Positions 1 to 8,581 of a stretch of DNA of 64,000 nucleotides are shown here, one piece after another; the stretch's first letter is position 1, and every line of letters begins with the position of its first letter. Origin of the DNA: an uncultured Lactobacillus sp. (GTDB taxonomy: Bacteria > Bacillota > Bacilli > Lactobacillales > Lactobacillaceae); assembly GCA_945873395.1 (NCBI GenBank), contig CAMCCW010000001.1, positions 22,467-86,466 of the forward strand, in the 5' to 3' direction. A program made the translations under genes and the position numbers. The notes under the pieces are model-generated. The model was not told where the DNA came from and did not search any database. It saw only the letters and a program-made list of their open reading frames with translations.

Positions 1-172
1 TCAGCTGATCAGCATCGTTATACAGCATGAGGTGGGCGGCGTGATAATCGTCCTGGTCAACCTCTTGATATGCGCAATCCTGTTCAACCACAAACACCTT
101 GACCCGTTCTTCAACGAGCCGGCACCACTCCGGAGCCGTCATTTCGTCCAACTTTTTAACCACCGTCTTCAT
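1..172 (-). CDS. GNAT family N-acetyltransferase (ElaA-like), N-terminal part only; the gene runs off the left edge of the window
   Basis: Hand translation of the reverse strand from ATG at 172 gives MKTVVKKLDEMTAPEWCRLVEERVKVFVVEQDCAYQEVDQDDYHAAHLMLYNDADQL. GGAGG (184-180) lies 7 nt upstream. The ORF is absent from the track because it is truncated. Family call rests on the VFVVEQ-C-YQE-D pattern. Confidence 0.55.
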   Translation of the reverse strand, partial: MKTVVKKLDEMTAPEWCRLVEERVKVFVVEQDCAYQEVDQDDYHAAHLMLYNDADQL

Positions 173-192
173 AAAAATTCCTCCTTTTACGC

Positions 193-253
193 AAAAAGCA
201 CCCAACCTTATTTCTCTTTCATCCGAAAGCCCTAACGAAATAAGGTTGAGTGC
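193..253 (-). terminator. Long hairpin plus T-run immediately upstream of the GNAT ribosome-binding site (terminator or attenuator)
   Basis: Minus strand reads GCACTCAACCTTATTTC...GAAATAAGGTTGGGTGC, a 17-bp stem with one C-A mismatch. An inner CTTTC/GAAAG hairpin is present, and the stem is followed by TTTTT (197-193). Confidence 0.55.
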
Positions 254-300
254 TATTATTCCTAGTTCCGGGGAACCAGGTAGCGTATTTAATTATGGTT

Positions 301-328
301 AGTATAACATATTTCCGGTGGAAGGCAA
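301..328 (-). promoter_or_regulatory. Candidate sigma-A promoter upstream of the GNAT leader
   Basis: Minus strand: TTGCCT (328-323), 16-nt spacer, TATACT (306-301). Confidence 0.4.
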
Positions 329-426
329 GTCTTTTTTACTGCAGACCTACCGATACCATGAAACACCGCCAACCCTAATAGTCGAAGATCGCTGGCCAGC
401 GGTACTTGCTAAATAGTGTTCGTTTT

Positions 427-1611
427 TCAGTGTCGATCAATAGCATGGTTCAACTTCTGTCGGTTGACAAAGTAAATCAACAAGACCAGTGGAATGATCA
501 CCAGCATCACCGGATAGAAGTATTTCACTGGCATCGTGCTGTCAACGATCCCACCAATGATTGGGCCCAGGGACATCCCGACGTCCAATCCGAGGAAGAA
601 GGTGGAACTGGCCAGTCCTCGTTCCTCTTGTGGTGCCAGCATCATTGCTGTTGACTGACAGACGGAGTAAATGATACCGTAGCCAAATGCCATCCCGGCC
701 GCTGCTAAGGCCATCTCCCAGTTAGTATGCATAATCGTCAGCATTACCAGGTAGAAGGTGGTAGCCACCGTACTAGTAATCAGCCAGGGACCAAAACGCA
801 CCGTATCAAATTGGTTGCGTAAGAATAACCGGATCAGCAGTAACACGGCCGCGTAGATCAAGAAGTAGGCGCCCACAGCGATCGGCAGGTGACGTTGTTC
901 CGTATAGCTGACAATGTCCGCCTGGGTAGCAAAGTACGGGATTGCAAACAGGGCTACTAGGCAGGCCACCGGCACCGAATCCCGCTGGATGATCTTAAAG
1001 TGGTGACCCCGAGATGTCTGGGTACTAGTGGTTGGCTTAGCCCGGTTACCGACGAATTGGATTGTCACCACCATCATCAGGGCAGAAAGAGCGGAGATGA
1101 TGATTGCCTCCCGGTAGCCAATTGTCCGGTAGAGGTTGATCGAAACTGCCGGCGCGAAGGCCATCGCTAACGCGTTCATGATCCCATAGAAGCTCATTGC
1201 CTCGCCGACATGGGAGAACGGCACCAGGTAGGAAAGCCAAGTGGTCATGCAGACCGTGCAGAGGACGTAACCAGCCCCGTTGATCAGCCGAAACAACAGG
1301 AGCAGGCCACTATTCGGCGTAATGACGTAGCCGAGGACCCCAAGAAAACTGAGGGCCCCGCCGATAAAGGACAACTGATACTTGGAAAAGCGGTCGGTGA
1401 GGTTACCAGCAATCGGTCGCAAAAACATTGCCACGATGCTCATCATGCCAACGATCACCCCGGCAAAGGCACTGCTGGCGCCGAGCTCCTGAGCGTAACC
1501 GTTGATCAACGGGTTGCAGTACATATTACTAAACATGAAGAAGAAGGAGGCCGCCATGACCAAAATGACGTCCTTTGAATATACCTTCTCTTTATCCTTT
1601 TGTTTGGCCAT
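427..1611 (-). CDS. MFS transporter
   Basis: 394-aa ORF that is strongly hydrophobic with multiple spans. It has an MFS-type TM2-TM3 loop (GNLTDRFSK) and is divergent from an Rrf2 regulator. Confidence 0.85.
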   Translation of the reverse strand: MAKQKDKEKVYSKDVILVMAASFFFMFSNMYCNPLINGYAQELGASSAFAGVIVGMMSIVAMFLRPIAGNLTDRFSKYQLSFIGGALSFLGVLGYVITPNSGLLLLFRLINGAGYVLCTVCMTTWLSYLVPFSHVGEAMSFYGIMNALAMAFAPAVSINLYRTIGYREAIIISALSALMMVVTIQFVGNRAKPTTSTQTSRGHHFKIIQRDSVPVACLVALFAIPYFATQADIVSYTEQRHLPIAVGAYFLIYAAVLLLIRLFLRNQFDTVRFGPWLITSTVATTFYLVMLTIMHTNWEMALAAAGMAFGYGIIYSVCQSTAMMLAPQEERGLASSTFFLGLDVGMSLGPIIGGIVDSTMPVKYFYPVMLVIIPLVLLIYFVNRQKLNHAIDRH

Positions 1612-1726
1612 TAAATATCATCTTCTATCTGCCATTCATTATAACGCGCGTTTCACGTGGAACACGGCCACTAGTAGCTAAAAAGAGCTTGTTTCACCCT
1701 AAATAACTGGCTAAAATAAAGGCATT

Positions 1727-2161
1727 ATGAGATATTCTTACAAATTCAGCGATGCCATTCACCTTCTGACCTACCTAGTCATCTATCGAGACGGGGACCG
1801 GTCAAGCAAGGCGATTGCCAATAGTATCGAGGCCAATCCGAGTGCGGTACGAAAAATGATGGCTGATTTTCGTCAAGCTGACTTACTGGTCACTCAGTCA
1901 GGTCGTGCTCAACCAACCCTCGCTAAAAGCCCGGCAACGATCACCCTCTTGGATATTTATCTGGCCCTTAAGATGGATCACAATCTACTACACGTGGATC
2001 CGGCAACAAATCCCAATGATCTGGTTGGCCGGGAGATTCAACCAGCCCTCACCGATTATTATCAGCAGATTCAAACCGCCGCTTTTCAAAAAATGGCAAC
2101 GATCACGCTCGCCAATGTCGTGGATAGAATCCGCCAGGCAAATCAAAAAGTATCAAGGTAA
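1727..2161 (+). CDS. Rrf2 family transcriptional regulator
   Basis: 144-aa ORF with an N-terminal winged-helix pattern typical of Rrf2/BadM (YKFSDAIHLLTYL...). There is no Cys cluster. It is a paralogue of the ORF at 29646-30101. Confidence 0.8.
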   Translation: MRYSYKFSDAIHLLTYLVIYRDGDRSSKAIANSIEANPSAVRKMMADFRQADLLVTQSGRAQPTLAKSPATITLLDIYLALKMDHNLLHVDPATNPNDLVGREIQPALTDYYQQIQTAAFQKMATITLANVVDRIRQANQKVSR

Positions 2162-2191
2162 CGTGCTTATCAGCTGCCTTGATACTTTTTT
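2146..2191 (+). terminator. Intrinsic terminator of the Rrf2 gene
   Basis: AAAAGTATCAAGG...CCTTGATACTTTT stem followed by a T-run; it overlaps the stop codon. Confidence 0.7.
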
Positions 2192-2204
2192 ATACGTTAT
2201 TTTT

Positions 2205-2453
2205 TCATTCTCGACGAACTCCAAAAATCATTGAAACAATCAATACTAGCATAACCGCACCAATTATTGATGGTACAACCGCCATCTCGGCGACTTGTGG
2301 TCCCCAGGATCCAAGAATTGCTTCACCGACTGATGAACCAACCAAACCGGCAATCACGTTACTCACCATTCCCATGGAACCACCACGATGGGTAATGGCA
2401 CCGGCGATTAAACCGATAATCCCACCAACTATTAATACCCATAACCAATGCAT
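2205..2453 (-). CDS. GlsB/YeaQ/YmgE family stress-response membrane protein
   Basis: 82 aa with glycine-zipper-rich transmembrane segments (GGIIGLIAG, GLVGSSVG) characteristic of this family. Confidence 0.8.
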   Translation of the reverse strand: MHWLWVLIVGGIIGLIAGAITHRGGSMGMVSNVIAGLVGSSVGEAILGSWGPQVAEMAVVPSIIGAVMLVLIVSMIFGVRRE

Positions 2454-2458
2454 ATTTC

Positions 2459-2641
2459 TTAAGCCTCCTTTTCTTTCTTATCCAGATTGTCTTTTAGATC
2501 ACGCGCCTTGTCCTTAATCTTTCCTTTCGTCTTGCGAAGTTTTCCCATTATTTCTTCCTTCTTGTCACCTTTCGCCTTCCCCTTTAATTCTTTGAGGGTT
2601 CCGGTAACCCGATCTTTTAGTCCGTGCTTATCGCTAACCAT
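2459..2641 (-). CDS. CsbD family stress protein
   Basis: 60-aa Lys-rich protein with a CsbD-like pattern (KDRVTGTLKELKGKAKGD). ATG at 2641 with an AGAAAGG SD is preferred over the TTG at 2650 used in the ORF track. Confidence 0.75.
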   Translation of the reverse strand: MVSDKHGLKDRVTGTLKELKGKAKGDKKEEIMGKLRKTKGKIKDKARDLKDNLDKKEKEA

Positions 2642-2840
2642 GTATATCAAGCCTTTCTATCCTTAACGCCTAATTGCAAATGAACATAGGCAACTATCCT
2701 AATCATGAATTAGTGATATTGCTTATCTTTAATTCTAGCAGTTAATACTAATATATCTATTCTTTCAATAATGATTTATGGTTAGCTTAATCCTATTATT
2801 TAATCTTAATAATAAAAAATACGATAATTACACTGTTGTA

Positions 2841-2881
2841 AAAAAGCGGTCGCAATGAGAATTTGCAGCCGCGTATTTTTT
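2841..2881. terminator. Bidirectional hairpin terminator
   Basis: GCGGTCGCAA...TTGCAGCCGC stem (one mismatch, one wobble), flanked by an A-run and a T-run. Confidence 0.5.
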
Positions 2882-2996
2882 ATAGCAATCTATTTCGAAC
2901 AGAATCGATCGTCCTGATTTACTATCACGTTGAAGGCGCCCGATACGCTATTTATCATGATCCGGATTCTAATATTACTCCGGACGACACCAAACC

Positions 2997-3034
2997 TAAA
3001 AAAGGGTGGCGAAGAATCCTTCGCCACCCTTTTA
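2997..3034. terminator. Bidirectional terminator downstream of pepC
   Basis: GGGTGGCGAAG-aatc-CTTCGCCACCC perfect 11-bp stem, flanked by an A-run and a T-run. Confidence 0.8.
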
Positions 3035-3040
3035 TCATGT

Positions 3041-4366
3041 TTATTGCAATGAGTCCCATGCAGTCAACTCAACCGCCTTGGTTGCGGCCAGCTTCTTAAG
3101 GTCATCATCAAGATACTTCTTGTTAATTACTGCTTCATAGGTGTATTCCTTGAACCAATCTTCGGTCATGACAAAGTAACCATTGTCACCGTTGTCCTTA
3201 CCCCAACTGTTTTCAATCTTCCACCGGGTTGGTTCATCGTTGACCAAGTCAAAGCCAGTCAGAGTCATGGCATGGGAAACCATGGCCTGCTTGGACTCCA
3301 GCCGGTCCTTCTTATCCATCACGAAGTCCACGTCGAGCAGTTCGGCCCGCCGGAAGAGCTTGGCATCCATCAGGCCCCGCTTCCGATCCATCTGTTGCAG
3401 GACATCGTTACCGACCCAGACGGTTTCACCAGCCTTAAGCTGCTTCATGGCCGCCTCCTGCAGGTACTTGAATGGAACGTTGACAAACTTGATTGGAATT
3501 CCACCGGCAACGCTATCCTGGGTTGGCATTGCATAGACCTTGTTGTACTCGTGGTCTGGTGCGTTCGTAACGACAACGTAGTCATTCAGATTGGTGTCGA
3601 AGTATTCCCGGTAGAACTTCAGTGGGGTCAAGCCCAGTACCTGGTGGAACTTCTTGTCGTCGTCCCGGTATTCCAGGTCAAACTTCGTCGGTGGTTCACC
3701 GAAGGAGTAGGCAGCGACCTTGTAAACATCGGCCATCATCCGCTCCTGGGCCTTGCTTAGTTCGTCCTCATCGGCACCATCATTGACCATCCGACGCAGC
3801 TCCAAGGCATCCTTACGCATCAGATAGTTCATGACCTCGGCCACGTCACTGGTGTCCTTGGTGTTGTGGGTGTCAGGCATGACATATTCTGGAACTACCC
3901 CGTACTTTTCGATGATGGAGGCTGCATTAGCCCATTGCCCACCATCGTTCAGGGCGAAGCTAAGGTAGAAGTCCACGGTCCGGTCATGGAGCGGCTTCTT
4001 GGCCGTTTCAATGATCTTTTGGAAGTACATGTTAGCCCGTTCGATCCGGTCCCAGAAGAACAGGTAGTTTTGGGACAGCTCGAAGTCCTTGAAATTGTAC
4101 TTCGTCGCAAACTTGTGCCGGAGTGTGTTCAGGGTCGCAAATGACCAGCAGCGTCCACTATGCCGCTGGTTGGATGGCTTCCCCGTCTTGATCTCGTAGG
4201 AGAAGGCCCGGTGGAGGCGTTGACTCGCTGCCGGATCTTCACTAGCGTTCTTAATCCCATTCTTTTGGACGGCCCGAGCGATTACGTCTGCATCCCGTCG
4301 TGAATGAAATTCCTTTTGGTACTTTTCAACCATCTTATCTGTTAAATGGCGTTCTTCTGTCATCAA
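3041..4366 (-). CDS. pepC: Aminopeptidase C (C1-family cysteine peptidase, bleomycin-hydrolase type)
   Basis: 441-aa ORF with the catalytic Cys context QRHSGRCWSFA. Length and overall pattern match lactic-acid-bacterial PepC. Confidence 0.9.
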   Translation of the reverse strand: MMTEERHLTDKMVEKYQKEFHSRRDADVIARAVQKNGIKNASEDPAASQRLHRAFSYEIKTGKPSNQRHSGRCWSFATLNTLRHKFATKYNFKDFELSQNYLFFWDRIERANMYFQKIIETAKKPLHDRTVDFYLSFALNDGGQWANAASIIEKYGVVPEYVMPDTHNTKDTSDVAEVMNYLMRKDALELRRMVNDGADEDELSKAQERMMADVYKVAAYSFGEPPTKFDLEYRDDDKKFHQVLGLTPLKFYREYFDTNLNDYVVVTNAPDHEYNKVYAMPTQDSVAGGIPIKFVNVPFKYLQEAAMKQLKAGETVWVGNDVLQQMDRKRGLMDAKLFRRAELLDVDFVMDKKDRLESKQAMVSHAMTLTGFDLVNDEPTRWKIENSWGKDNGDNGYFVMTEDWFKEYTYEAVINKKYLDDDLKKLAATKAVELTAWDSLQ

Positions 4367-4522
4367 ATATCCCTTCTTTGATAAAAATCCGTTATCATGA
4401 CTATTACACTATCAATCATAACTCACTTTACCTCATTGCGTCGGCAAAAGTGCTTTTTCTTTCTTACTTATCATTAGTAAGTTACAATAGAGATGAATCA
4501 TTGAATGAGGGAGGAATTTCTA

Positions 4523-5164
4523 ATGAGTAAAGTGTTTATTGTCGGTGGTTCTGGACGGGTCGCAACCGAGCTGATCAAGGACCTTGTCGCAGCCGGTAAT
4601 GAAGTTGTCGCTGGTGCCCGCCACCCTGAGAAGATCGTCAAGAGTAACGGAGTAACCCCTGTCGCCCTTGACCTACACGATGACGTTGACCAGCTCGCCA
4701 GCCTGATGACCGGCTGCAACGCGGTTTACTTCGTAGCCGGATCCCGGGAGAAGGACCTCCTCCAGACCGATGCCATGGGAGCAGTTAAGACCATGCAGGC
4801 AGCCAAGCAGGCGGGGATCAAGCGCTACATCATGCTGAGCTCAATGTACGCCCTAGAGCCAGAGAAGTGGGCAGACTACCCGGCACTGGCCGCCATCACC
4901 GACTACAACATTGCCAAGTTCTTCGCCGATAACTACCTGATCAAGAACACCGACCTGGATTACACGATTATCCAGCCCGCGGTCCTAACTGAGGAAACAG
5001 GTACTGGGAAGGTCAACTTTGGTCCGGGCGATGAATCTACCAACCCAATTCCTGACGTCGCCCAGGTGCTGGCGGATGTCCTAAATGCCGACAACACTAT
5101 CGGTAAGGTCATCATGATGCGCAGCGGTGACACTCCAATTTCAGACGCAATCAAAGCATTATAA
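4523..5164 (+). CDS. NAD(P)H-binding oxidoreductase (atypical SDR / NmrA-like)
   Basis: N-terminal Rossmann motif VGGSGRVA. Start moved to ATG 4523, which follows a GAGGGAGG SD. Confidence 0.8.
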   Translation: MSKVFIVGGSGRVATELIKDLVAAGNEVVAGARHPEKIVKSNGVTPVALDLHDDVDQLASLMTGCNAVYFVAGSREKDLLQTDAMGAVKTMQAAKQAGIKRYIMLSSMYALEPEKWADYPALAAITDYNIAKFFADNYLIKNTDLDYTIIQPAVLTEETGTGKVNFGPGDESTNPIPDVAQVLADVLNADNTIGKVIMMRSGDTPISDAIKAL

Positions 5165-5267
5165 ACAAGAAAGGCGGCCGCGGCCGTCTTTTTTTGTACC
5201 TGCTTGACATTACAACCACGAAATCGGTTACAATAATCTTTAATAGCAACGAAGGGAGAAATTCCAT

Positions 5268-5870
5268 ATGGGACTTCACGATCAACAAATTTACAACCCC
5301 GATGACCCGAAAATTCTGCAGGTGCAGAAGCAAGCACAGCTAAAAATGTACGAATACAACCGGACCCTGCCGACCGAGGATGCCAAGCGGCAACAACTGA
5401 TGAAGGAGATGCTGGGCAAGGTCGGAACAGGATGCTACTTCGAGCCCCCCTTCCACGCCAACTTTGGTGGGAAGCACGTGATGCTCGGCGACCACGTCTA
5501 CGCCAATTTTAACCTGACCGTAGTTGATGACACCTACGTCTACATCGGTGACCATACTATGATCGGGCCCAACGTCACCTTGGCCTCCGCCGGGCACCCG
5601 ATTCTCCCGGAACTACGCGAGAAGGGGTACCAGTTTAACCTACCAATTCACATCGGGAAAAACTGCTGGCTAGGTGCTGGCGTTATCGTCGTTCCCGGGG
5701 TCACGATCGGTGATAATACCGTGGTCGGGGCCGGGGCGGTCGTCACCAAGAACCTTCCTGCTAACGTGGTGGCTGTTGGAGTGCCCGCCAAGGTTGTCCG
5801 GCATATCGGCGATCACGACCGCAAGTACTACCATGGTCAAATGCAGATCGACCCCGAGTTGCTCTCATAA
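5268..5870 (+). CDS. Sugar O-acetyltransferase (maltose/galactoside acetyltransferase family)
   Basis: 200 aa with a Mac-type N-terminus and C-terminal left-handed beta-helix hexapeptide repeats (IGKNCWLGAGVIVVPGVTIGDNTVVGAGAVV). Confidence 0.85.
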   Translation: MGLHDQQIYNPDDPKILQVQKQAQLKMYEYNRTLPTEDAKRQQLMKEMLGKVGTGCYFEPPFHANFGGKHVMLGDHVYANFNLTVVDDTYVYIGDHTMIGPNVTLASAGHPILPELREKGYQFNLPIHIGKNCWLGAGVIVVPGVTIGDNTVVGAGAVVTKNLPANVVAVGVPAKVVRHIGDHDRKYYHGQMQIDPELLS

Positions 5871-5883
5871 TGCCAAACTTTAT

Positions 5884-5936
5884 AAAGTTATCAGTGTCAG
5901 ATATAGATATTATTACACTGATAACTTTTCTTTTTT
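5884..5936 (+). terminator. Intrinsic terminator of the acetyltransferase gene
   Basis: AAAGTTATCAGTGT...ACACTGATAACTTT 14-bp stem followed by a T-run. Confidence 0.8.
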
Positions 5937-6013
5937 AAGGAAAAGATGCATTATTATAATCATTAACACTAATCGAAAAGAAGGCAATAGTCATTCCAAA
6001 GCATAACAACTCC

Positions 6014-6673
6014 ATGTCTATTCGTATTCTGGCACTGGTTACCGGCCTAGTCCTAAATGCCCTCGGCAACGGTCTCACCGTTGCTACTAACGTCGGGACC
6101 AGTCCCTGGACCGCCTCTGAAGTCAACATCGCCAACCTAGTTCATACCACGGTCGGGATCCCGATGTTCTGTGTGGGTGTCCTGGTTGCCGTCGCCAATC
6201 AGCTCCTGATCCACCAGTGGGATAAGTGGTGGTTCTTCGGTGAAATTGGCTTCATCGCCTGCTTCAGCTACTTTGTCGACGTCTTTGTCGCTCTCTTCAC
6301 CTGGCTGGGGGTCCCCCGCCTACCATTCCTCGTTCGGACCATCATGTGCTTCATCGGGGTTGCAACCTTCTGCTGTGCCATCTCCATCTACCAGCGAGCT
6401 AACCTGATCATGCATCCCAACGACGACACAACCAACATCCTTCGTTTTCTCTACTGCCATAACCGTGTCGTTGTGGCCCAACTGATCAACTTCGTCCCAC
6501 CAATCGTCATTATGGTGGTCACCTTCCTGATCAGCGGTCACCTGTACGCCATCAACATTGGGACCCTATTCGCCCTGTTGGCCAATGGTCCCCTGATCGG
6601 TTTCTTCGACCACCATGTCTGGCACGGTCTAACCCACAACTTTCGAGTCAAGGGCGCTGGCAATGCGGCCTGA
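6014..6673 (+). CDS. Integral membrane protein of unknown function (YczE-like)
   Basis: 219-aa hydrophobic ORF. No obvious SD, so the start is uncertain. Confidence 0.6.
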   Translation: MSIRILALVTGLVLNALGNGLTVATNVGTSPWTASEVNIANLVHTTVGIPMFCVGVLVAVANQLLIHQWDKWWFFGEIGFIACFSYFVDVFVALFTWLGVPRLPFLVRTIMCFIGVATFCCAISIYQRANLIMHPNDDTTNILRFLYCHNRVVVAQLINFVPPIVIMVVTFLISGHLYAINIGTLFALLANGPLIGFFDHHVWHGLTHNFRVKGAGNAA

Positions 6674-6680
6674 ACTAAAT

Positions 6681-6722
6681 AAGGACTTGTGGCAATTTCA
6701 TTTTTGCTACAAGTCCTTTTGT
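6681..6722. terminator. Bidirectional terminator between convergent genes
   Basis: AAGGACTTGT...ACAAGTCCTT stem followed by a T-run. Confidence 0.8.
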
Positions 6723-7469
6723 TTATTTAGTTAAGAAATCAGTCACCAGTTTAACCACTTCCGCACGACGGGTCCCATCAAACATGTGCCCCTCCCCATC
6801 AATCAAGCGCAGAATACTCTGTGGCATGATAACGTGGTACTTCCGCGTAGCTTCCGGCGAAACCACCTGGTCAGCCGTGCCGTGGATCAGCAGGGCCGGA
6901 CCAGCAAAGTGTTGCGCCGTCTCATAGATTGGCAGCAGCTGGGCAGTCCGGAAGTAGTCACCGCCAACTTTAAAGCCGTCCACCATCACGTAATCCGGAA
7001 TATGGTTGGGATCGTAAGTGCTTCCCTGACAGGTCCCCTGCAGGGCGTCATCCTTCAGTGTGGCCGCCGGTGCCAGAAGAACCAACTTGTCGATCACGTC
7101 CCGGTAGTAAGCCGCCAGCATCGAGGCCACCACGCCCCCCTGGGAGTGCCCAACCAGGTAGATGTGCTTAGCCTTGACTTTCTGCCGAACAAAGTCAATG
7201 ACCTTCATCCCATCGAGGAGCTCGCTCAGCACGGTCATATCCTCAAAACGGCCATCGCTCTTCCCGCAGCCGTCAAAGTCGAAGCGCAACGTTGCCAGCC
7301 CTACTTGGTTGAGAGCGTGGGCCAGGGTCGGCAGGATCTTAGTATCGTCATAGCCCAGGTCACCCTTGAATCCGTGCATTAGGATCGCCACCGTGTCATT
7401 TTCCAGCGTGTCCGTGCCCTCCAACAAGCCGTGGAGACACAGGCCATCGCGTTCAATCGTAATTTCCAT
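6723..7469 (-). CDS. Alpha/beta hydrolase, cinnamoyl/feruloyl-esterase-like
   Basis: 248 aa with the nucleophile elbow GHSQGG. The layout (ITIERDGL...HGF...LLAPAATLKDDAL...IHGTADQVVSP) resembles lactobacillal cinnamoyl esterases as I remember them. Confidence 0.8.
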   Translation of the reverse strand: MEITIERDGLCLHGLLEGTDTLENDTVAILMHGFKGDLGYDDTKILPTLAHALNQVGLATLRFDFDGCGKSDGRFEDMTVLSELLDGMKVIDFVRQKVKAKHIYLVGHSQGGVVASMLAAYYRDVIDKLVLLAPAATLKDDALQGTCQGSTYDPNHIPDYVMVDGFKVGGDYFRTAQLLPIYETAQHFAGPALLIHGTADQVVSPEATRKYHVIMPQSILRLIDGEGHMFDGTRRAEVVKLVTDFLTK

Positions 7470-7513
7470 GATAATTCACCTCGTTTTTATTATACTGGTC
7501 TGCCTCTGCAATA

Positions 7514-8443
7514 TCACCACAGAGTAGCCAGCCAGTAGACTACCGGGATTGTCAGCAGGCTGAGAATGGTCGAAACACTCATCAGGATGGTTGCCGGCTT
7601 GGCATCCCCACCTGACTGCAGGGTAAAGAGGACAACCAATCCCGCTACTGGGCAAGCGTTGAGAATTACGGTCACCAGCAATGGTACCCCATTAACTCCC
7701 AGCATCAGCAAGATCGGAATGCCAATAATTGGAAAAATCAGGTTGCGCAAGACTAGGCTGACCCATAAAGCCCCCGGCAACTTAATATCACGTAAATTAA
7801 GGTTGGCCAGGTTACTACCAATAACAATCATTGAGAGCGGCGTGAACGCCGGACTGGTGTAGTTGATAAAACCGCTCACCAGTTTGGGCAACCGATAGGA
7901 GCTGATAAACATCACCAGGCCAAGGATAATCGCAATGATGTTGGGATTCAGGATGATCTTTTTAACCTGCTGACCTAACTCCTGCCGTTTTGAGTGGCGA
8001 AAGATCCCGATCCCCTGGGTCCACGACATCACGTTAAAACCGATCATTGACGCCACGGCGTAGAATACTCCGACACTCCCAAACAGCCCCTGAGCAAGTG
8101 GAACTCCCATAAAACCATTATTGGAATAGATACTCCCATAGGTAGCAATGTGCTGGATGTTTTGGTCTGGAACCCGGTGAAAGATTAGTTTAGCAATAAT
8201 AATTGAGACGAAATAAGTGAGGAAGACCGCAATCACCAGAAGGACTAGTTGATAAAAGCGCGTCTTGGAAAAGGGCTGTTCAAATGCCCGAATAATTACA
8301 ATCGGAGATAAGAAATAAAGGGTGATGTTCGTCAGGTCATTAATCGATTGAAGGTGCAAAAAATTAGTCTTTCGAATAATCGCTCCCAACAACATCAGTA
8401 AAAAAATAATGGCGACTTGGTTAAAGATTTGGCCAATCGACAT
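7514..8443 (-). CDS. AEC (auxin efflux carrier) family transporter
   Basis: 309-aa polytopic membrane ORF with a typical AEC two-half architecture. Confidence 0.85.
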   Translation of the reverse strand: MSIGQIFNQVAIIFLLMLLGAIIRKTNFLHLQSINDLTNITLYFLSPIVIIRAFEQPFSKTRFYQLVLLVIAVFLTYFVSIIIAKLIFHRVPDQNIQHIATYGSIYSNNGFMGVPLAQGLFGSVGVFYAVASMIGFNVMSWTQGIGIFRHSKRQELGQQVKKIILNPNIIAIILGLVMFISSYRLPKLVSGFINYTSPAFTPLSMIVIGSNLANLNLRDIKLPGALWVSLVLRNLIFPIIGIPILLMLGVNGVPLLVTVILNACPVAGLVVLFTLQSGGDAKPATILMSVSTILSLLTIPVVYWLATLW

Positions 8444-8581
8444 TTACTCACCACTTTCTTCTTAAAATTTAGTAACATTTCTATTTTACAGCAAGGACAC
8501 GCTCGCCAGAGCAATTACTTTGCCCCACCCCGCTTTCGCCGTATAATTAAACTATCCTAAAAATAAGAAGTGAGTTTTTTA

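Noticed and set aside
2863-3099. 78-aa plus-strand ORF
   Set aside because: It spans a terminator and the 3' end of pepC on the opposite strand. It has no SD.
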